From an uncultured Chloroflexia bacterium (GTDB taxonomy: Bacteria; Chloroflexota; Limnocylindria; QHBO01), in the NCBI GenBank assembly GCA_963838125.1, contig CAWIPT010000007.1:1060237-1124236 (forward strand): a stretch of DNA of 64,000 nt, given 5' to 3'. Below, piece by piece: positions 10,019 to 20,699 of this stretch (the stretch's first letter is position 1; every line of letters begins with the position of its first letter). The notes under the pieces were generated by a model. It saw only the letters and a program-made list of their open reading frames with translations. It was not told the DNA's origin and ran no database searches. The position numbers and the translations under genes were made by a program.

Positions 10019-11124
10019 GCCGGATCCTCCTCCTCGGCCAGGGCGATGAGGCGTGCGACCAGCTCCCCGAACCCGATGCCGGACAGCTCAGCCTGCTTGG
10101 GGAACATCGACGTCGCCGTGAAGCCCGGGATGGTGTTCATCTCGGAGATGTACGTCTCGTCCGGGACGGCCAGGAAGTCCACACGGGCCATGCCGCGCGC
10201 GTCGACCGCGCGGTAGGCGGCCAATGCCAGCTGCCTGAGGCGGTCGGCCAGGGTGGGCTCGACCTCGGCCCGCGGCACGACATCGGCCAGGCCGGGTACG
10301 TACTTCGCCTCGTAGTCGTACAGCTCGTGGTGGCTGACCACCTCGCCGGGCTCGAACACGGTGGGATCCTCGTTGCCCAGTACGCCGCATTCGAACTCGC
10401 GGGCCCCTTCGAGGTAGGCCTCGACGATGACCTTCGTGTCCCAGCGGAACGCCTCTTCGAGGGCGGCCGGCAGCTCGCCCGGGTCGTGGGCCAGGCTCAT
10501 GCCGACGCTGCTCCCCAGGCGGGCCGGCTTCACCACCGACCGCGGACCGATGCGGGCAACGACCTCTTCCACCACGCGCGCCGGCTCTTTCCGCCAGCGA
10601 CGACGACTGACCGATGTGTAGTCGACGACCGGCAGCCCATGACCACGCATGAGGTCCTTGAACACGACCTTGTCCATGGCCACCGCGCTGGAGAGCACGC
10701 CGGCCCCGGTGTACGGGATCCCGGCCAGTTCGAGGAAACCCTGGAGCGTCCCGTCCTCGCCGAACGGGCCATGGACGGCGAGGAAGGCGACATCGATGGC
10801 GTCCGCCAGGGTCCGGACCGCGGCGCGGGCCTGGACCGCGGTCGCTTCGGTTGTCACCGGGAGCGCGGCCTGGCCGGCGTCCAGTCGGGCGCTGTGCTCG
10901 GAGATGGTCTCGACCCCCAGCTGTGCGGCCAGGCTGTCGCTCGGACCCAGCACCGGGGCCGGTCCGGCGGGGAGGTGCCAGCCACCGGCGGCGTCGATGT
11001 AGATGAGGTACGGCTCGAACCGCTCGCGGTCGATCTCGCGCAGGATGGCCTCGGCCGATGCGATGCTGACCTCGTGCTCGGCCGACCGCCCGCCGGCGAA
11101 GATGCCGATCCGCCGTCGGGTCAT
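10015..11124 (-). CDS. ddl: D-alanine--D-alanine ligase
   Basis: ATP-grasp Ddl sequence (IGIFAGGRSAEHEVSI...); ATG at 11124 overlaps the murB stop (ATGA). Confidence 0.9.
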   Translation of the reverse strand: MTRRRIGIFAGGRSAEHEVSIASAEAILREIDRERFEPYLIYIDAAGGWHLPAGPAPVLGPSDSLAAQLGVETISEHSARLDAGQAALPVTTEATAVQARAAVRTLADAIDVAFLAVHGPFGEDGTLQGFLELAGIPYTGAGVLSSAVAMDKVVFKDLMRGHGLPVVDYTSVSRRRWRKEPARVVEEVVARIGPRSVVKPARLGSSVGMSLAHDPGELPAALEEAFRWDTKVIVEAYLEGAREFECGVLGNEDPTVFEPGEVVSHHELYDYEAKYVPGLADVVPRAEVEPTLADRLRQLALAAYRAVDARGMARVDFLAVPDETYISEMNTIPGFTATSMFPKQAELSGIGFGELVARLIALAEEEDPA

Positions 11125-12074
11125 GCGTCCGCCTCCCATGCGCCGACGAACTCGATCTCGTACTCCAGCTGGATTCCACTCGCGCCGTGGACAGCCGCCT
11201 GCACCTGGTCGGCGAGGCCGCGGACGTCGGCCGCGCGGCCGCCGCGTTCGGTCACGATGAAGTTCGCATGGCGGGTGCTGACCGAAGCCGTCCCGACCGC
11301 CAGGCCCTTGAGGCCGGCCGCCTCGATCAGCCGGCCGGCGTAATCGCCTGGTGGGTTGCGGAACACGCTGCCCGCGTTCTGCTCCGCGAGTGGCTGGGTG
11401 GCCGCGCGGTGTGCCTGGAAGGCATCAACCCGCGCAGCGACCGCATCGGGCTCATCTGGTTCGAGCTCCACGCTGGCGGCAACCACCACCAGCCGCTCAT
11501 GCTTGAAACGCGAGTCGCGGTATCCGAAGCGGCAGGCGTCGTTGGGGATGCCGGAAACCTCGCCGCTGGCGGGGTCCCAGGCCTCGGCGCTGACCAGGCG
11601 GTCCTTCATCTCACCGCCGTGGGCACCGGCGTTGGCCCACACCGCCCCGCCCAGCGTGCCGGGCACGGCGATCCCCCACTCCAGCCCGGCCAGGCCGGCG
11701 CCCGACGCCTGTTTCACGAGCATGGCCATCGGCGTTCCGGCGTCGGCGGACAGCCGGCGGCCCTCACGCCCGATGGTGCGGGCACGGTTGCGGATCACGA
11801 GTCCGCGCACGCCGGCGTCGGCCACGACCAGGTTGCTGCCGTTCCCGATGACCAGCCACGGAACGCCCGCGGCGCGCGCCGCCTCGAGCACGCCGACGAG
11901 CTCCTCGCGGCTGCGTGGCTCGGCCAGGCGGTCGGCGGATCCGCCGACCCGCAGGGTGGTCAGCGGTCCGAGCGGGACGTCGGCACGGAGGGCGAGGCCA
12001 CCCGCCGCGGCCAGCCGGTCGAGCTCCGCGAGGGCGGCCAGCACTCGGTCGGTCGCGTTCGGCGGGGCGCTCAC
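11121..12074 (-). CDS. murB: UDP-N-acetylenolpyruvoylglucosamine reductase
   Basis: MurB FAD-binding region (PLTTLRVGGSA, WLVIGNGSNLV). The true GTG start at 12074 overlaps the murG stop (GTGA). The upstream 244 codons of the ORF are read-through of the murG region in another frame. Confidence 0.9.
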   Translation of the reverse strand: MSAPPNATDRVLAALAELDRLAAAGGLALRADVPLGPLTTLRVGGSADRLAEPRSREELVGVLEAARAAGVPWLVIGNGSNLVVADAGVRGLVIRNRARTIGREGRRLSADAGTPMAMLVKQASGAGLAGLEWGIAVPGTLGGAVWANAGAHGGEMKDRLVSAEAWDPASGEVSGIPNDACRFGYRDSRFKHERLVVVAASVELEPDEPDAVAARVDAFQAHRAATQPLAEQNAGSVFRNPPGDYAGRLIEAAGLKGLAVGTASVSTRHANFIVTERGGRAADVRGLADQVQAAVHGASGIQLEYEIEFVGAWEADA

Positions 12075-13168
12075 GCCGCCTCCGCCAGCTCGAGCAGGGC
12101 GGTGGCAACGTCCCGGGCGGCGTCCGGGCGGCCGAGGTCTTTGGCCGCGGCGGCCATGGCCCGACGCGGGCCGTCTGCGCGAAAGGCGGCCAGCTCGCTC
12201 CGCAGCCGCTCGCCGGTGAGCTCGGCATCGGGCACGGCCACAGCCGCGCCGTGATCGGCCAGCCACTCGGCGTTCGCGGCCTGGTGGCCGTGGGCATACG
12301 GATAGGGCACCAGGATGGCGGCCACGCCGACCGCGGCCACCTCGGCGCATGTCGAAGACCCCGCCCGGCCCAGGACCGCATCGGCCGCCACCAGGGCGGA
12401 CGCCATCCGATCGGTCAGGAACGGCTCGGGCCGGTATCGGTCCCGGAGCCCGACCGGCAGTCGCTCGCGCGCCACCTCCGCCGCGGCCATGCCTGCCTCG
12501 CCGGCCAGGTGGAGCACGATCCAGTCCTCGACGAGTGCCGGCAGCGACTCCTCGAGGGCGAACGTGATCCGGGCCACGGCCTGCGACCCGCCGAAGACGA
12601 GGAGCAGCCGCTCGTCGTCCCCAACGTGCATCTCGTTCCGGGCAGCCGCCCGCTCGATCCCGGCAAAGGAGCGGATGGGCGTGCCGGACACGAACGCGCG
12701 CTGGCCGAATGCCTGGGCGGTGGGCGGGAAGGCGACCGCCACCCGGGTCGCCCAGCGGCCGATGGCGCGGGTCGCGCGGCCGGGAACGACGTTTCCTTCC
12801 CACACGATGCTCGGAATTCGCCGCGCGGCTGCCGCGGCGATGAGCGGGACCGCCAGGTAGCCACCGGTCGAGAAGATGGCCTCGGGTTCGAGCCGGCCGA
12901 GGAGGCGCCAGGCCTGGGGCGTCGCCGCGGTGAGGCGGAGCGGATCGAGGATGGTGTGGGCGCTCCGCCCGGCCGAGCGCAGGGATCGGACGGTCAGCTG
13001 GTGGTACGGCATCTCGCCGGCCTCCCCCACCAGCCGGCGCTCGAAGCCGCGGACACCGCCGACGTACGCGAGCTCAACCCCGGGACGCAGCTCGCGCAGG
13101 GCGTTGGCGACGGCCAGTGCGGGGTAGATGTGCCCGCCGGTCCCGCCGCCTGAAATCACCAAGCGCAT
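12071..13168 (-). CDS. murG: undecaprenyldiphospho-muramoylpentapeptide beta-N-acetylglucosaminyltransferase
   Basis: MRLVISGGGTGGHIYPALAVA N-terminus; ATG at 13168; overlaps the ftsW 3' end by about 95 nt. Confidence 0.9.
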   Translation of the reverse strand: MRLVISGGGTGGHIYPALAVANALRELRPGVELAYVGGVRGFERRLVGEAGEMPYHQLTVRSLRSAGRSAHTILDPLRLTAATPQAWRLLGRLEPEAIFSTGGYLAVPLIAAAAARRIPSIVWEGNVVPGRATRAIGRWATRVAVAFPPTAQAFGQRAFVSGTPIRSFAGIERAAARNEMHVGDDERLLLVFGGSQAVARITFALEESLPALVEDWIVLHLAGEAGMAAAEVARERLPVGLRDRYRPEPFLTDRMASALVAADAVLGRAGSSTCAEVAAVGVAAILVPYPYAHGHQAANAEWLADHGAAVAVPDAELTGERLRSELAAFRADGPRRAMAAAAKDLGRPDAARDVATALLELAEAA

Positions 13169-14336
13169 CGAACACCGATCCTGTCTGGGCCTCACGGCTG
13201 ATCGAGAGCAGCACTCCGACCGCCACGAGGTTGATGATGAGTGCCGTCCCGCCATAGCTGATGAACGGCAGCGGGATGCCGGTGACCGGCCAGAGGGCGG
13301 TCACCACCATCATGTTGATCGCGGCCTGGACGACGAGCCAGGTCGTGATGCCGGCCGCCAGCAACCCGGAGAACGTGTCGGGGGCATGAACCGCGATGCG
13401 GTAGCCCTGCCAGGCGATGACGACGAAGAGGAGGAGGACGGTCATCGTGCCGAGGAGGCCCCACTCCTCGCCGATGATGGCGTAGATGAAGTCGGTCGAT
13501 GGCGCGGGGAGGTACAGGTATTTCTGCCGGCTGGCCCCCAGCCCCACCCCGACCAGGCCGCCCATGGCGAGGGCCATGAGCGACTGCATGGCGTTGTAGC
13601 CCGCACCCAGCGGGTCCTTCTCCGGGTCGAGGAAGGTGGTGACCCGGGCGAGCTGGTACGGCGTGCGCATCACGAACGCCACCGCCACCGCGACCACCGC
13701 ACCGCCGACCGCGAACAGGCCGACCAGGCTGGCCCCGGACATGAAGAACACCGACACCGCCGCGACCGCGTAGATGCCGGCCGTACCGAGGTCCGGCTCG
13801 AGGGCGATCAGGAGGAAGCCGGGCGCCACGAGGAGGGCAAACGGGATCAGCCCACCCCGCAGCCCGTGCGCCGCCCGACCCCGGCGATCGAGCCAATGGG
13901 CGAGGTACAGGATGATCGCAAGCTTGGCGACCTCGGCCGGCTGGAAGCGACCGATGACCGGGAGCTCCAGCCAGCGGCGCGATCCACCCGCCTCGATCCC
14001 GATGCTCGGGATCAGGACAACGGCGAGCATGACCAGCGCGGCGACGTAGGCCGGGATGGCGAAGTACCGATAGATCCGGAAGTCGATCCGGCTGACGAGC
14101 ACCATGGCCACCAGGCCGATGGCGGCGAAGATGCCCTGGGCGATGCCGTAGCGCGCCGGGTCGTCACTGACCAGCAGGGCGTTGATGCTCGAGGCGGAGT
14201 AGACCATCACCACCCCGATCGCCACGAGGGCGAGCACGGCGACCAGGAGCGGCATCGTCACGCGGCGGCGTTCGCGCTGCACGCCGCGGGTCCTCGCCGC
14301 CCGCCGGGCGTTGGAGACGGCGGCCGCGGCGGTCAT
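13074..14336 (-). CDS. ftsW: SEDS-family peptidoglycan glycosyltransferase FtsW
   Basis: 10-TM SEDS protein; the C-terminal tail runs into murG; ATG overlaps the murD stop (ATGA). Confidence 0.9.
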   Translation of the reverse strand: MTAAAAVSNARRAARTRGVQRERRRVTMPLLVAVLALVAIGVVMVYSASSINALLVSDDPARYGIAQGIFAAIGLVAMVLVSRIDFRIYRYFAIPAYVAALVMLAVVLIPSIGIEAGGSRRWLELPVIGRFQPAEVAKLAIILYLAHWLDRRGRAAHGLRGGLIPFALLVAPGFLLIALEPDLGTAGIYAVAAVSVFFMSGASLVGLFAVGGAVVAVAVAFVMRTPYQLARVTTFLDPEKDPLGAGYNAMQSLMALAMGGLVGVGLGASRQKYLYLPAPSTDFIYAIIGEEWGLLGTMTVLLLFVVIAWQGYRIAVHAPDTFSGLLAAGITTWLVVQAAINMMVVTALWPVTGIPLPFISYGGTALIINLVAVGVLLSISREAQTGSVFDALGDFRRRDRRAHLPRTGRRQRPARAASRG

Positions 14337-15769
14337 GCCCGGCCCCCGTCGGCCGTCAATCCGGCCACCGCCGCGCGGAACGCATCGCCACGCGCGGCAT
14401 AGTCCACGAACATGTCGAAGCTGGCGGCCGCCGGCGCGAGGAGAACCACGTCCCCGGGTCGGGCCGCACCCGCGGCCGCGACCACGGCCTCGTCCATCGA
14501 CCCGCCGCGGATGACCGGCAGCCGGTCGGCCAGGAGCCCCGCCAGCTCGTCGGCTGTCTCACCGATCAGCACCGCGGCCCGACAGCGCCGGACAATCGCG
14601 TCGGCGAACTCGTCGTAGGCGAGACCCTTGCCCTCGCCACCGGCGATGATCACCAGCCCGCGCTCCTCGAACGCCTCCAGCGCCGCGATGGCCGCCACCG
14701 GGATGGTCGCCTGCGAGTCGTTGACGTACTCCACACCGGCCACCGTCCCCAGCGATTCGAGCCGATGCGGGACCCCGCCGAATGCGCGAACGCCGGCCGC
14801 CACCGCGACCGAATCGGCGCCGGCCAGTCGCGCGCCCACGGCCGCGGCCAGGACGTCGCGAATCAGATGGTCGCCCCGCAGCGGGACGTCGGCGCGCGGC
14901 ATGACCCGTTCGCCGCCGACCACGATCCAGCCGTCCTCGACCCACGCATCGGCACCTGGTCGCGCCTCGAGCCCGTACCAGTGCACACGGGCGTCGGGCA
15001 GGTCGGCGGCCATGGCCACCGAAGCCGGGTCGTCCTGGTTGAGGACCAGCGCGCCCTCCGCGGCGGACAGCTCGGCCAGGCGCCGCTTCACCATGCGATA
15101 GGCCTCGACGCTGGCGTGGCGGTCGAGGTGGTCGGCGAGAATGTTGGTGTACACCGCGACGTCCGCCCCGCGGCTGATGGTCGGCAGCTGGAGCTCGGAC
15201 AGCTCGACGACGGCCCACGTCCGGCTTCCCAGCCGGTCGGCCTCCTCGATGAGCGGGGTCCCGATGTTCCCGCCCAGCACGTTCGGCACGCGGGCGGCGG
15301 ACAGGATGCCGGCGGTGAGGCTCGCGGTGGTCGTCTTTCCCTTCGTGCCGGTCACGGCCAGGATCCGTGCCCGGGTCAGCCGGAGGAACAGGTCGACCTC
15401 GCTCACGATCGGGACGGTGGCGGCGGCATCGGCCAGCGCCTCCCGGAGCCAGGTGTCGGTCGTCGGGAACGCGACGCTGATGGATGGGCTCGTGACCACC
15501 AGCTCGGCCTCGGCCAGCAGCGCCCGGACCTCGTCCGCTCCGGCGGCAAGGGCGAGGGTCACCGGTCGACCCTCGAGGGCAGCGCTGGCATCGGTCAGCT
15601 CGCCGGCGGTGCGCCGGTCGTAGACGGTCACCGACGCGCCGGCATCGGCCAGGAAGCGAGCTGCGGCGATCCCGGTCCGGGCCAGGCCGAGGACCAGCGC
15701 CCGGGTCCCGGCCAGGTCGGCGCGGCTGGTGGGGAGCGAGCGGCTGGTCGGCGGCGTCGACATCGGCAT
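14333..15769 (-). CDS. murD: UDP-N-acetylmuramoylalanine--D-glutamate ligase
   Basis: C-terminal 478 aa of ORF 14333..17170 starting MPMSTPP...; GTKGKTTT P-loop; start abuts the mraY stop (TGATG). Confidence 0.9.
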   Translation of the reverse strand: MPMSTPPTSRSLPTSRADLAGTRALVLGLARTGIAAARFLADAGASVTVYDRRTAGELTDASAALEGRPVTLALAAGADEVRALLAEAELVVTSPSISVAFPTTDTWLREALADAAATVPIVSEVDLFLRLTRARILAVTGTKGKTTTASLTAGILSAARVPNVLGGNIGTPLIEEADRLGSRTWAVVELSELQLPTISRGADVAVYTNILADHLDRHASVEAYRMVKRRLAELSAAEGALVLNQDDPASVAMAADLPDARVHWYGLEARPGADAWVEDGWIVVGGERVMPRADVPLRGDHLIRDVLAAAVGARLAGADSVAVAAGVRAFGGVPHRLESLGTVAGVEYVNDSQATIPVAAIAALEAFEERGLVIIAGGEGKGLAYDEFADAIVRRCRAAVLIGETADELAGLLADRLPVIRGGSMDEAVVAAAGAARPGDVVLLAPAAASFDMFVDYAARGDAFRAAVAGLTADGGRA

Positions 15770-16749
15770 CAGGACAGCCCCGCCGAGGCGAGGAACAGGC
15801 TGACCCCCAGCAGGGCAGCGAGGGCGGCCACGATCCAGAAGCGGAGGGTGATCTTCTCCTCGGCCCAGCCGAGGAGCTCGAAGTGAATGTGCAGCGGAGC
15901 CATCCGGAAGATCCGCTTGCCACGGAGCTGGTACGAGCCGACCTGCAGGATGACCGACACCGTCTCGGCCACGAACACGACGCCGATGATCACCAGCAGC
16001 AGCAGCTGGCCGCTGATCGTTGCCACCACCGCCAGGGTCGCCCCCAGCGAGAGGGCGCCGGCATCGCCCATGAAGATCTGGGCCGGGTGGACGTTGAACC
16101 ACAGGAACCCCATCAGGGCCCCCACCAGGAGGGCGCAGAACACCGCCAGCTCGGGCTGGCTGTCCTTCAGACCGGGGACCTCGACCAGCGCGATCAACAG
16201 GTAGGCGACGAAGCTGAAGACGAGGACTCCCGAGGCCAGGCCGTCCAGGCCGTCGGTCAGGTTCACCGCGTTCGAGGTGGCCACGATCGCGAAGGCCACG
16301 AACAGGACCACCGCCACGGCACCGACGGCCAGCTCCCCGATCAGCGGGACGTTGATGGCGGTGATGTCGAAGTGGCGCTGGATGTAGATGGCGGCCAGGA
16401 CCCCCACCACCGTCTGCCACACCAGCTTGTACCGGCCACGGACACCGAATCCACTGCGGGCGTTCACGTAGTCGTCGATCGCGCCCAGGATGCCCACCCC
16501 GACCAGGGCCAGCATGGGGGTCAAGGTGCTCTCGTCCTCCAGCCGCATGGCCATGGCCAGGAACATGACCACGACGATGATCAGCATGCCGCCCAGCGTT
16601 GGCGTGCCCGCCTTGACCGCGTGGGACTCGGGGCCCTCGACCCGGATGGTCTTGCCAAAGCCGAGGCGCTGCATGAGGCGGATGTAGATCGGCCCGAGAA
16701 GGACCACCCCGCCGAACGCGAGGAGCAGGCCCAGCAGCAGCGGCAGCAT
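15769..16749 (-). CDS. mraY: phospho-N-acetylmuramoyl-pentapeptide transferase
   Basis: 326 aa polytopic membrane protein with MraY conserved segments. Confidence 0.95.
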   Translation of the reverse strand: MLPLLLGLLLAFGGVVLLGPIYIRLMQRLGFGKTIRVEGPESHAVKAGTPTLGGMLIIVVVMFLAMAMRLEDESTLTPMLALVGVGILGAIDDYVNARSGFGVRGRYKLVWQTVVGVLAAIYIQRHFDITAINVPLIGELAVGAVAVVLFVAFAIVATSNAVNLTDGLDGLASGVLVFSFVAYLLIALVEVPGLKDSQPELAVFCALLVGALMGFLWFNVHPAQIFMGDAGALSLGATLAVVATISGQLLLLVIIGVVFVAETVSVILQVGSYQLRGKRIFRMAPLHIHFELLGWAEEKITLRFWIVAALAALLGVSLFLASAGLS

Positions 16750-16751
16750 GG

Positions 16752-18200
16752 TCAGGCGTGATCATCCGCGGGCTGACCGATGAGCGCGGCCACCAGGCGG
16801 TCGAGGGCGAGGCCACGCGACGCCTTGACCAGGAGGACGTCGCCGGCGGTTGGGCCGAGGGTCCGCTCGACGACCTCGAGGGCGCTCTCGGCGTCCGGGG
16901 CGGTGGCCACCCGCGTGAGTCCGGCGGCGCGGGCAGCATCGGCGATCCAGCGCCCACGCTCCCCGACCGCGACCAGCCCGTCGACCACGCCCGCGGCCTC
17001 CCGGCCGATGCGCTCGTGCAGTGCCCGCTCGTCGGGACCGAGCTCGAGCATGTCGCCCAGGACGGCGTACCGCTGCCCGCCGCCGATCGGTGTCTCGGCC
17101 AGGAAGGCGAGCGCGGCGGCCACCGAGACCGGGGAGGCGTTGTACGTGTCGTCGACCAGGGTCGCGCCACCGGGCATGTCCATGATCGCCATCCGATGCG
17201 GGGCGTGGCTGCCGGCCTCCAGCGCGGCCGCGACCTCGGCCAGGGGGACGGCGAAATGCTCCGCCACCGCGGCTGCGGCGAGCGCGTGGGGCACGAGATG
17301 GCGACCCGGTGACGCGCTCCGCATCCTCTGCTCGCCCCACGGTGCGGTCAGCGTGAAGGTCACGCCATCCAGGCCATCGGAGACGACGTCGGTGGCGCGG
17401 ACGTCGGCGGCATCGGTCAGGCCAAAGGTGCGCACGGTGGCCGCAGTCTGGGCGGCCATGGCCGCGACCCGTGGGTCGTCCGCGTTCAGCACGGCCAGCC
17501 CCTCGGCGGGCAGCCCACGCGGGAGCTCGGACTTCGCCTGCGCGATGTTCTCCAGGCTGCCGGCCCGCTGGAGATGGGTGGGATGGACGGCGAGCACGAC
17601 CCCGACCTCCGGCCGGCTGATCTCGACCAGGCGGGCGATCTCGCCGATGGCATACATCCCCATCTCGAGGACCGCGACCTGGTGGGTCGGCTCCAGGTGG
17701 AGGAGGGTCATGGGCAGGCCCGTCTCGGAGTTCAGGTTGCCCTCGTTGCGCAGGACATGGAGGGTGCGCGACAGGGTGTCGGCGGTGACCTCCTTGGCCA
17801 GGGTCTTGCCCGTGGAGCCGGTGATGCCCACCACCCGAACCGGGAAGCGCTCCCGCCACCGCATGGCGAGGTCCTGGAGGGCGCGAAGGCTGTCGGCCAC
17901 CCGCACGATGGCGGCGTCTGTGCCGGCAGGCAGCGTGACGTCGTGCTCGACGAGGGCGGCGACCGCGCCGGCGGCGAGGGCCTGGGCCACGTACCGGTGG
18001 CCGTCGTCACGCTCGCCGCGGAGGGCCACGAACAGGGACCCGGGTACGACACGCCGGGAGTCGACGGCGGCAAGGGTGAATGACCGAACGCTGGTCTTGG
18101 ACTGCAGCCGGCCGCCGGTGGCGGCCAGCAGGTCGTCGATGCGGATGTGCGCTGGCACGCGGTTCCCTGCGGCGGTCGGCGGGGAGTCTACCAGCCTCAT
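16752..18200 (-). CDS. murF: UDP-N-acetylmuramoyl-tripeptide--D-alanyl-D-alanine ligase
   Basis: C-terminal 482 aa of ORF 16752..20012 starting MRLVDSPPTAAG; GITGSTGKT P-loop; DDTYNASPVSVAAAL is the MurF-type motif; ATG at 18200 overlaps the ftsI stop (ATGA). Confidence 0.9.
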   Translation of the reverse strand: MRLVDSPPTAAGNRVPAHIRIDDLLAATGGRLQSKTSVRSFTLAAVDSRRVVPGSLFVALRGERDDGHRYVAQALAAGAVAALVEHDVTLPAGTDAAIVRVADSLRALQDLAMRWRERFPVRVVGITGSTGKTLAKEVTADTLSRTLHVLRNEGNLNSETGLPMTLLHLEPTHQVAVLEMGMYAIGEIARLVEISRPEVGVVLAVHPTHLQRAGSLENIAQAKSELPRGLPAEGLAVLNADDPRVAAMAAQTAATVRTFGLTDAADVRATDVVSDGLDGVTFTLTAPWGEQRMRSASPGRHLVPHALAAAAVAEHFAVPLAEVAAALEAGSHAPHRMAIMDMPGGATLVDDTYNASPVSVAAALAFLAETPIGGGQRYAVLGDMLELGPDERALHERIGREAAGVVDGLVAVGERGRWIADAARAAGLTRVATAPDAESALEVVERTLGPTAGDVLLVKASRGLALDRLVAALIGQPADDHA

Positions 18201-20012
18201 GGCCGGGCAACCCCCGGCGCCGGCCGGTCGGGCGCGATGCCGAAGTAGTCGAACACGAGCGGGGCGAGCTGGGCGAACGCGACCTCCGGCCGCTCCCCGA
18301 TGCCCGAGCTGCCGACCACCGGGCGGTGGATGAGCACCATCATCACGTAGCGCGGATTGGAGGCCGGCGCGATCCCGATGAAGCTCGAGTCCACCCAGCC
18401 CTCGATGTACGCCTGCTGGGTCTGCTCCACGTAGACCGGCTGGCCGTTGGCGTCGGTGCCATTCTGGACACGGACCTTCACCGGGCCCGCCACCTGGGCC
18501 GTGCCCGTCTTGCCCGCGATCGAGTACCCGGCCACGGCCGCCCCGTTCGCGATCCCGTCGTCGATGGCCCCGGTCAGCATCTCGAGCACGGTGGCCGAGG
18601 TGGTCGGCTCGATGACCTGCGGCGCCTCGTCGCGCCGGCCGGGGGACGAACGTGCCATCCGCCGCCGTCCAGCCGGACACGACGTGCGGCGTGACCAGGC
18701 GCCCGCCGTTGGCGATGGCCGCGTACGCCGCCGCCATCTGCACCACGGTGACGCTGATGCCCTGGCCGAAGGCGTTCTGGGCGGTGGTCAGCTCCTTCGA
18801 CGCGCCCTCGTCATCGGGATGGAGGACGACGCCGGTGGCCTCGCCGGCGAGGTCGATCCCGGTCGGCGAGCCGAACCCGAACCGGACCAGCCCGTCGTAC
18901 AGCCCGTCCCCACCGAGGGTCAACCCGATGGTGGCCGCGCCAACGTTGTTCGACAGGGCGAGCACCTCAGCCGGGGTGATGAGCCCGTGCCCACTCGGCC
19001 ACCACTGGCGATCGGCGTTGCTGATGGTGGCGTCGTAGACCTGCAGGTTGTTGTCGTCCAGGAACAGGTCCGACGGGCTGATCGCGCCCGCGTCCAGCGC
19101 GGCGGCCACGGTGACCGCCTTGAGCACCGATCCGGGCTCGTACTGGCGGCTGACGGCGGGGTTCGAGAACAGCGTCGGATCGGTGGTCGGGTACTGGTTG
19201 GCGTCGAAGGTCGGCACCGATGACAACGCCAGGATGGCGCCGGTGTTCGCGTCCATGATCAGCCCGGTCACCCCCTTCGCCCGGTTCCGGGTGAAGGTGT
19301 CGAGCATCTGGTCCTCGAGGATGTGCTGGAGGCCGGCGTCGATGGTCAGGGTCACGTCCGCGCCGTCGACCGGCGCCGACAGCTCGTGGACCGAGCCGGC
19401 GATCAGGCGGCCGGCCACGTCCTCCTGGGCCACCACCGATCCGGGCGTGCCGGCGAGGAGCGCGTCGTTGGCGCCCTCGACCCCGTACTGGCCGACCCCG
19501 TCCACGTTCACGAACCCGAGGACCTGCGACGCGAGGGTCGTCCCGGACGCCGCCCCACCCATGGTGTAGACCCGCTCGGACTCGGGGACGAGGCCGACCC
19601 CGGGCAAATCGAGGGCCCGGACGCGGGTGGCCGTCTCGACATCGACGCGACGGCTGAGCCAGATCCACGCCTCACCGCTGCCCAGGGTCGCTTCCAGATC
19701 GGCGACTTCGATGCCCAGGATCCCGCTCAGGAGCAATGCGGCCCGCGCCGGGTCCTCGATGGTGGGTGGCGTGGCGAACACCGACTCGGTGGCCATCGAG
19801 GTGGCCAGGATCAGGCCCTCGCGGTCGAGGATGAGGCCGCGCGCGGCGGGAATCTGCTGCGCGTGGGCCAGCTGGGCGAGGCCCATCTCGGCCAGGTGCT
19901 CGCGGTCGATGACCTGCCACCAGACCAGCCGATAGCCGATCACGCCTGCGACCAGCGAGGCCACCACCAGCATGACCACGGCCCGGATTCGACTGTCGGT
20001 TCTGGCAAGCAT
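18197..20012 (-). CDS. ftsI: class B penicillin-binding protein FtsI (transpeptidase) with a frame discontinuity near 18640-18650
   Basis: N-terminal and SxxK region lie in the frame of ORF 16752..20012. The KTGTAQ motif and C-terminus lie in the frame of ORF 18197..18658. The junction is at a C5/G5 homopolymer (gtcccccggcc). Confidence 0.85.
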
Positions 20013-20046
20013 GGCAGCTCCGGGTCGCGCGCCGGGCGTGCGACGG

Positions 20047-20457
20047 CTATGGGTGGTGGTCAGACGATGGGCTGGCGAATTGGACCGATGCGGGTGGAAG
20101 CGGCGTGAGGCCGAGCTCCTCGGCCCGCGCCTCGATGGTCGCGGGTGACTCGGCCTGTCCGATCTGGAGAAGGAGCGCCTGGCGTTCGGCTTCGAGGATC
20201 TCGAGCCGGGCTTCGAGCCGCTCCATCTCGTAGCCGGTGCTCGCGATCCGGCTCGACTGGGTCAGGTACAGCGACGCGAGCAGTGCGGAGACGGTGATCA
20301 CGACCAGTGCGAGCGAAAGCCCCGCCGCCCGCCGCCGGCGGGATGATGTCCGGCGGAGCCGATAGCGGCGCTCGGCCGTGCGTGGGCGCAGCGGCCGGCG
20401 GAGGCCCCAGTCGATGTCCCCCAGGACACCAGCTGGGCGAGCGCCGATGGCGGCCAT
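20047..20457 (-). CDS. ftsL: cell division protein FtsL-like (basic N-terminus, single TM, coiled coil)
   Basis: 136 aa; TM LSLALVVITVSALLASLYL followed by a heptad-rich segment; between rsmH and ftsI. Confidence 0.6.
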   Translation of the reverse strand: MAAIGARPAGVLGDIDWGLRRPLRPRTAERRYRLRRTSSRRRRAAGLSLALVVITVSALLASLYLTQSSRIASTGYEMERLEARLEILEAERQALLLQIGQAESPATIEARAEELGLTPLPPASVQFASPSSDHHP

Positions 20458-20699
20458 CGTGTTCCAGGCCGCTCAGGCGGCCGCGGAGCGACCCTGCAGA
20501 CGCAGGGTCCACGCCGGTGCCGGCTCGTCCTCGACCGGCTCTGATTCAACGACGGGGCCTTGGTACGACCACGCCTCGTGCTCGCGCTCGGCGCGCGATC
20601 GCCGCTCACGAACCTCGCGCTGGCGGACGCTGTAGGCCCGACGGCGACTTCCCTGGTGCCGGGTGCGACCTCGACTCATGTGCCCAACCCTCCTGTGCT

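Noticed and set aside
14333-20012. Giant ORFs 14333..17170 (945 aa) and 16752..20012 (1086 aa)
   Set aside because: These are not fusion proteins. Upstream genes are read through in a stop-free alternative frame. True genes (murD, mraY, murF, ftsI) were delimited by conserved N-termini and start/stop overlaps.
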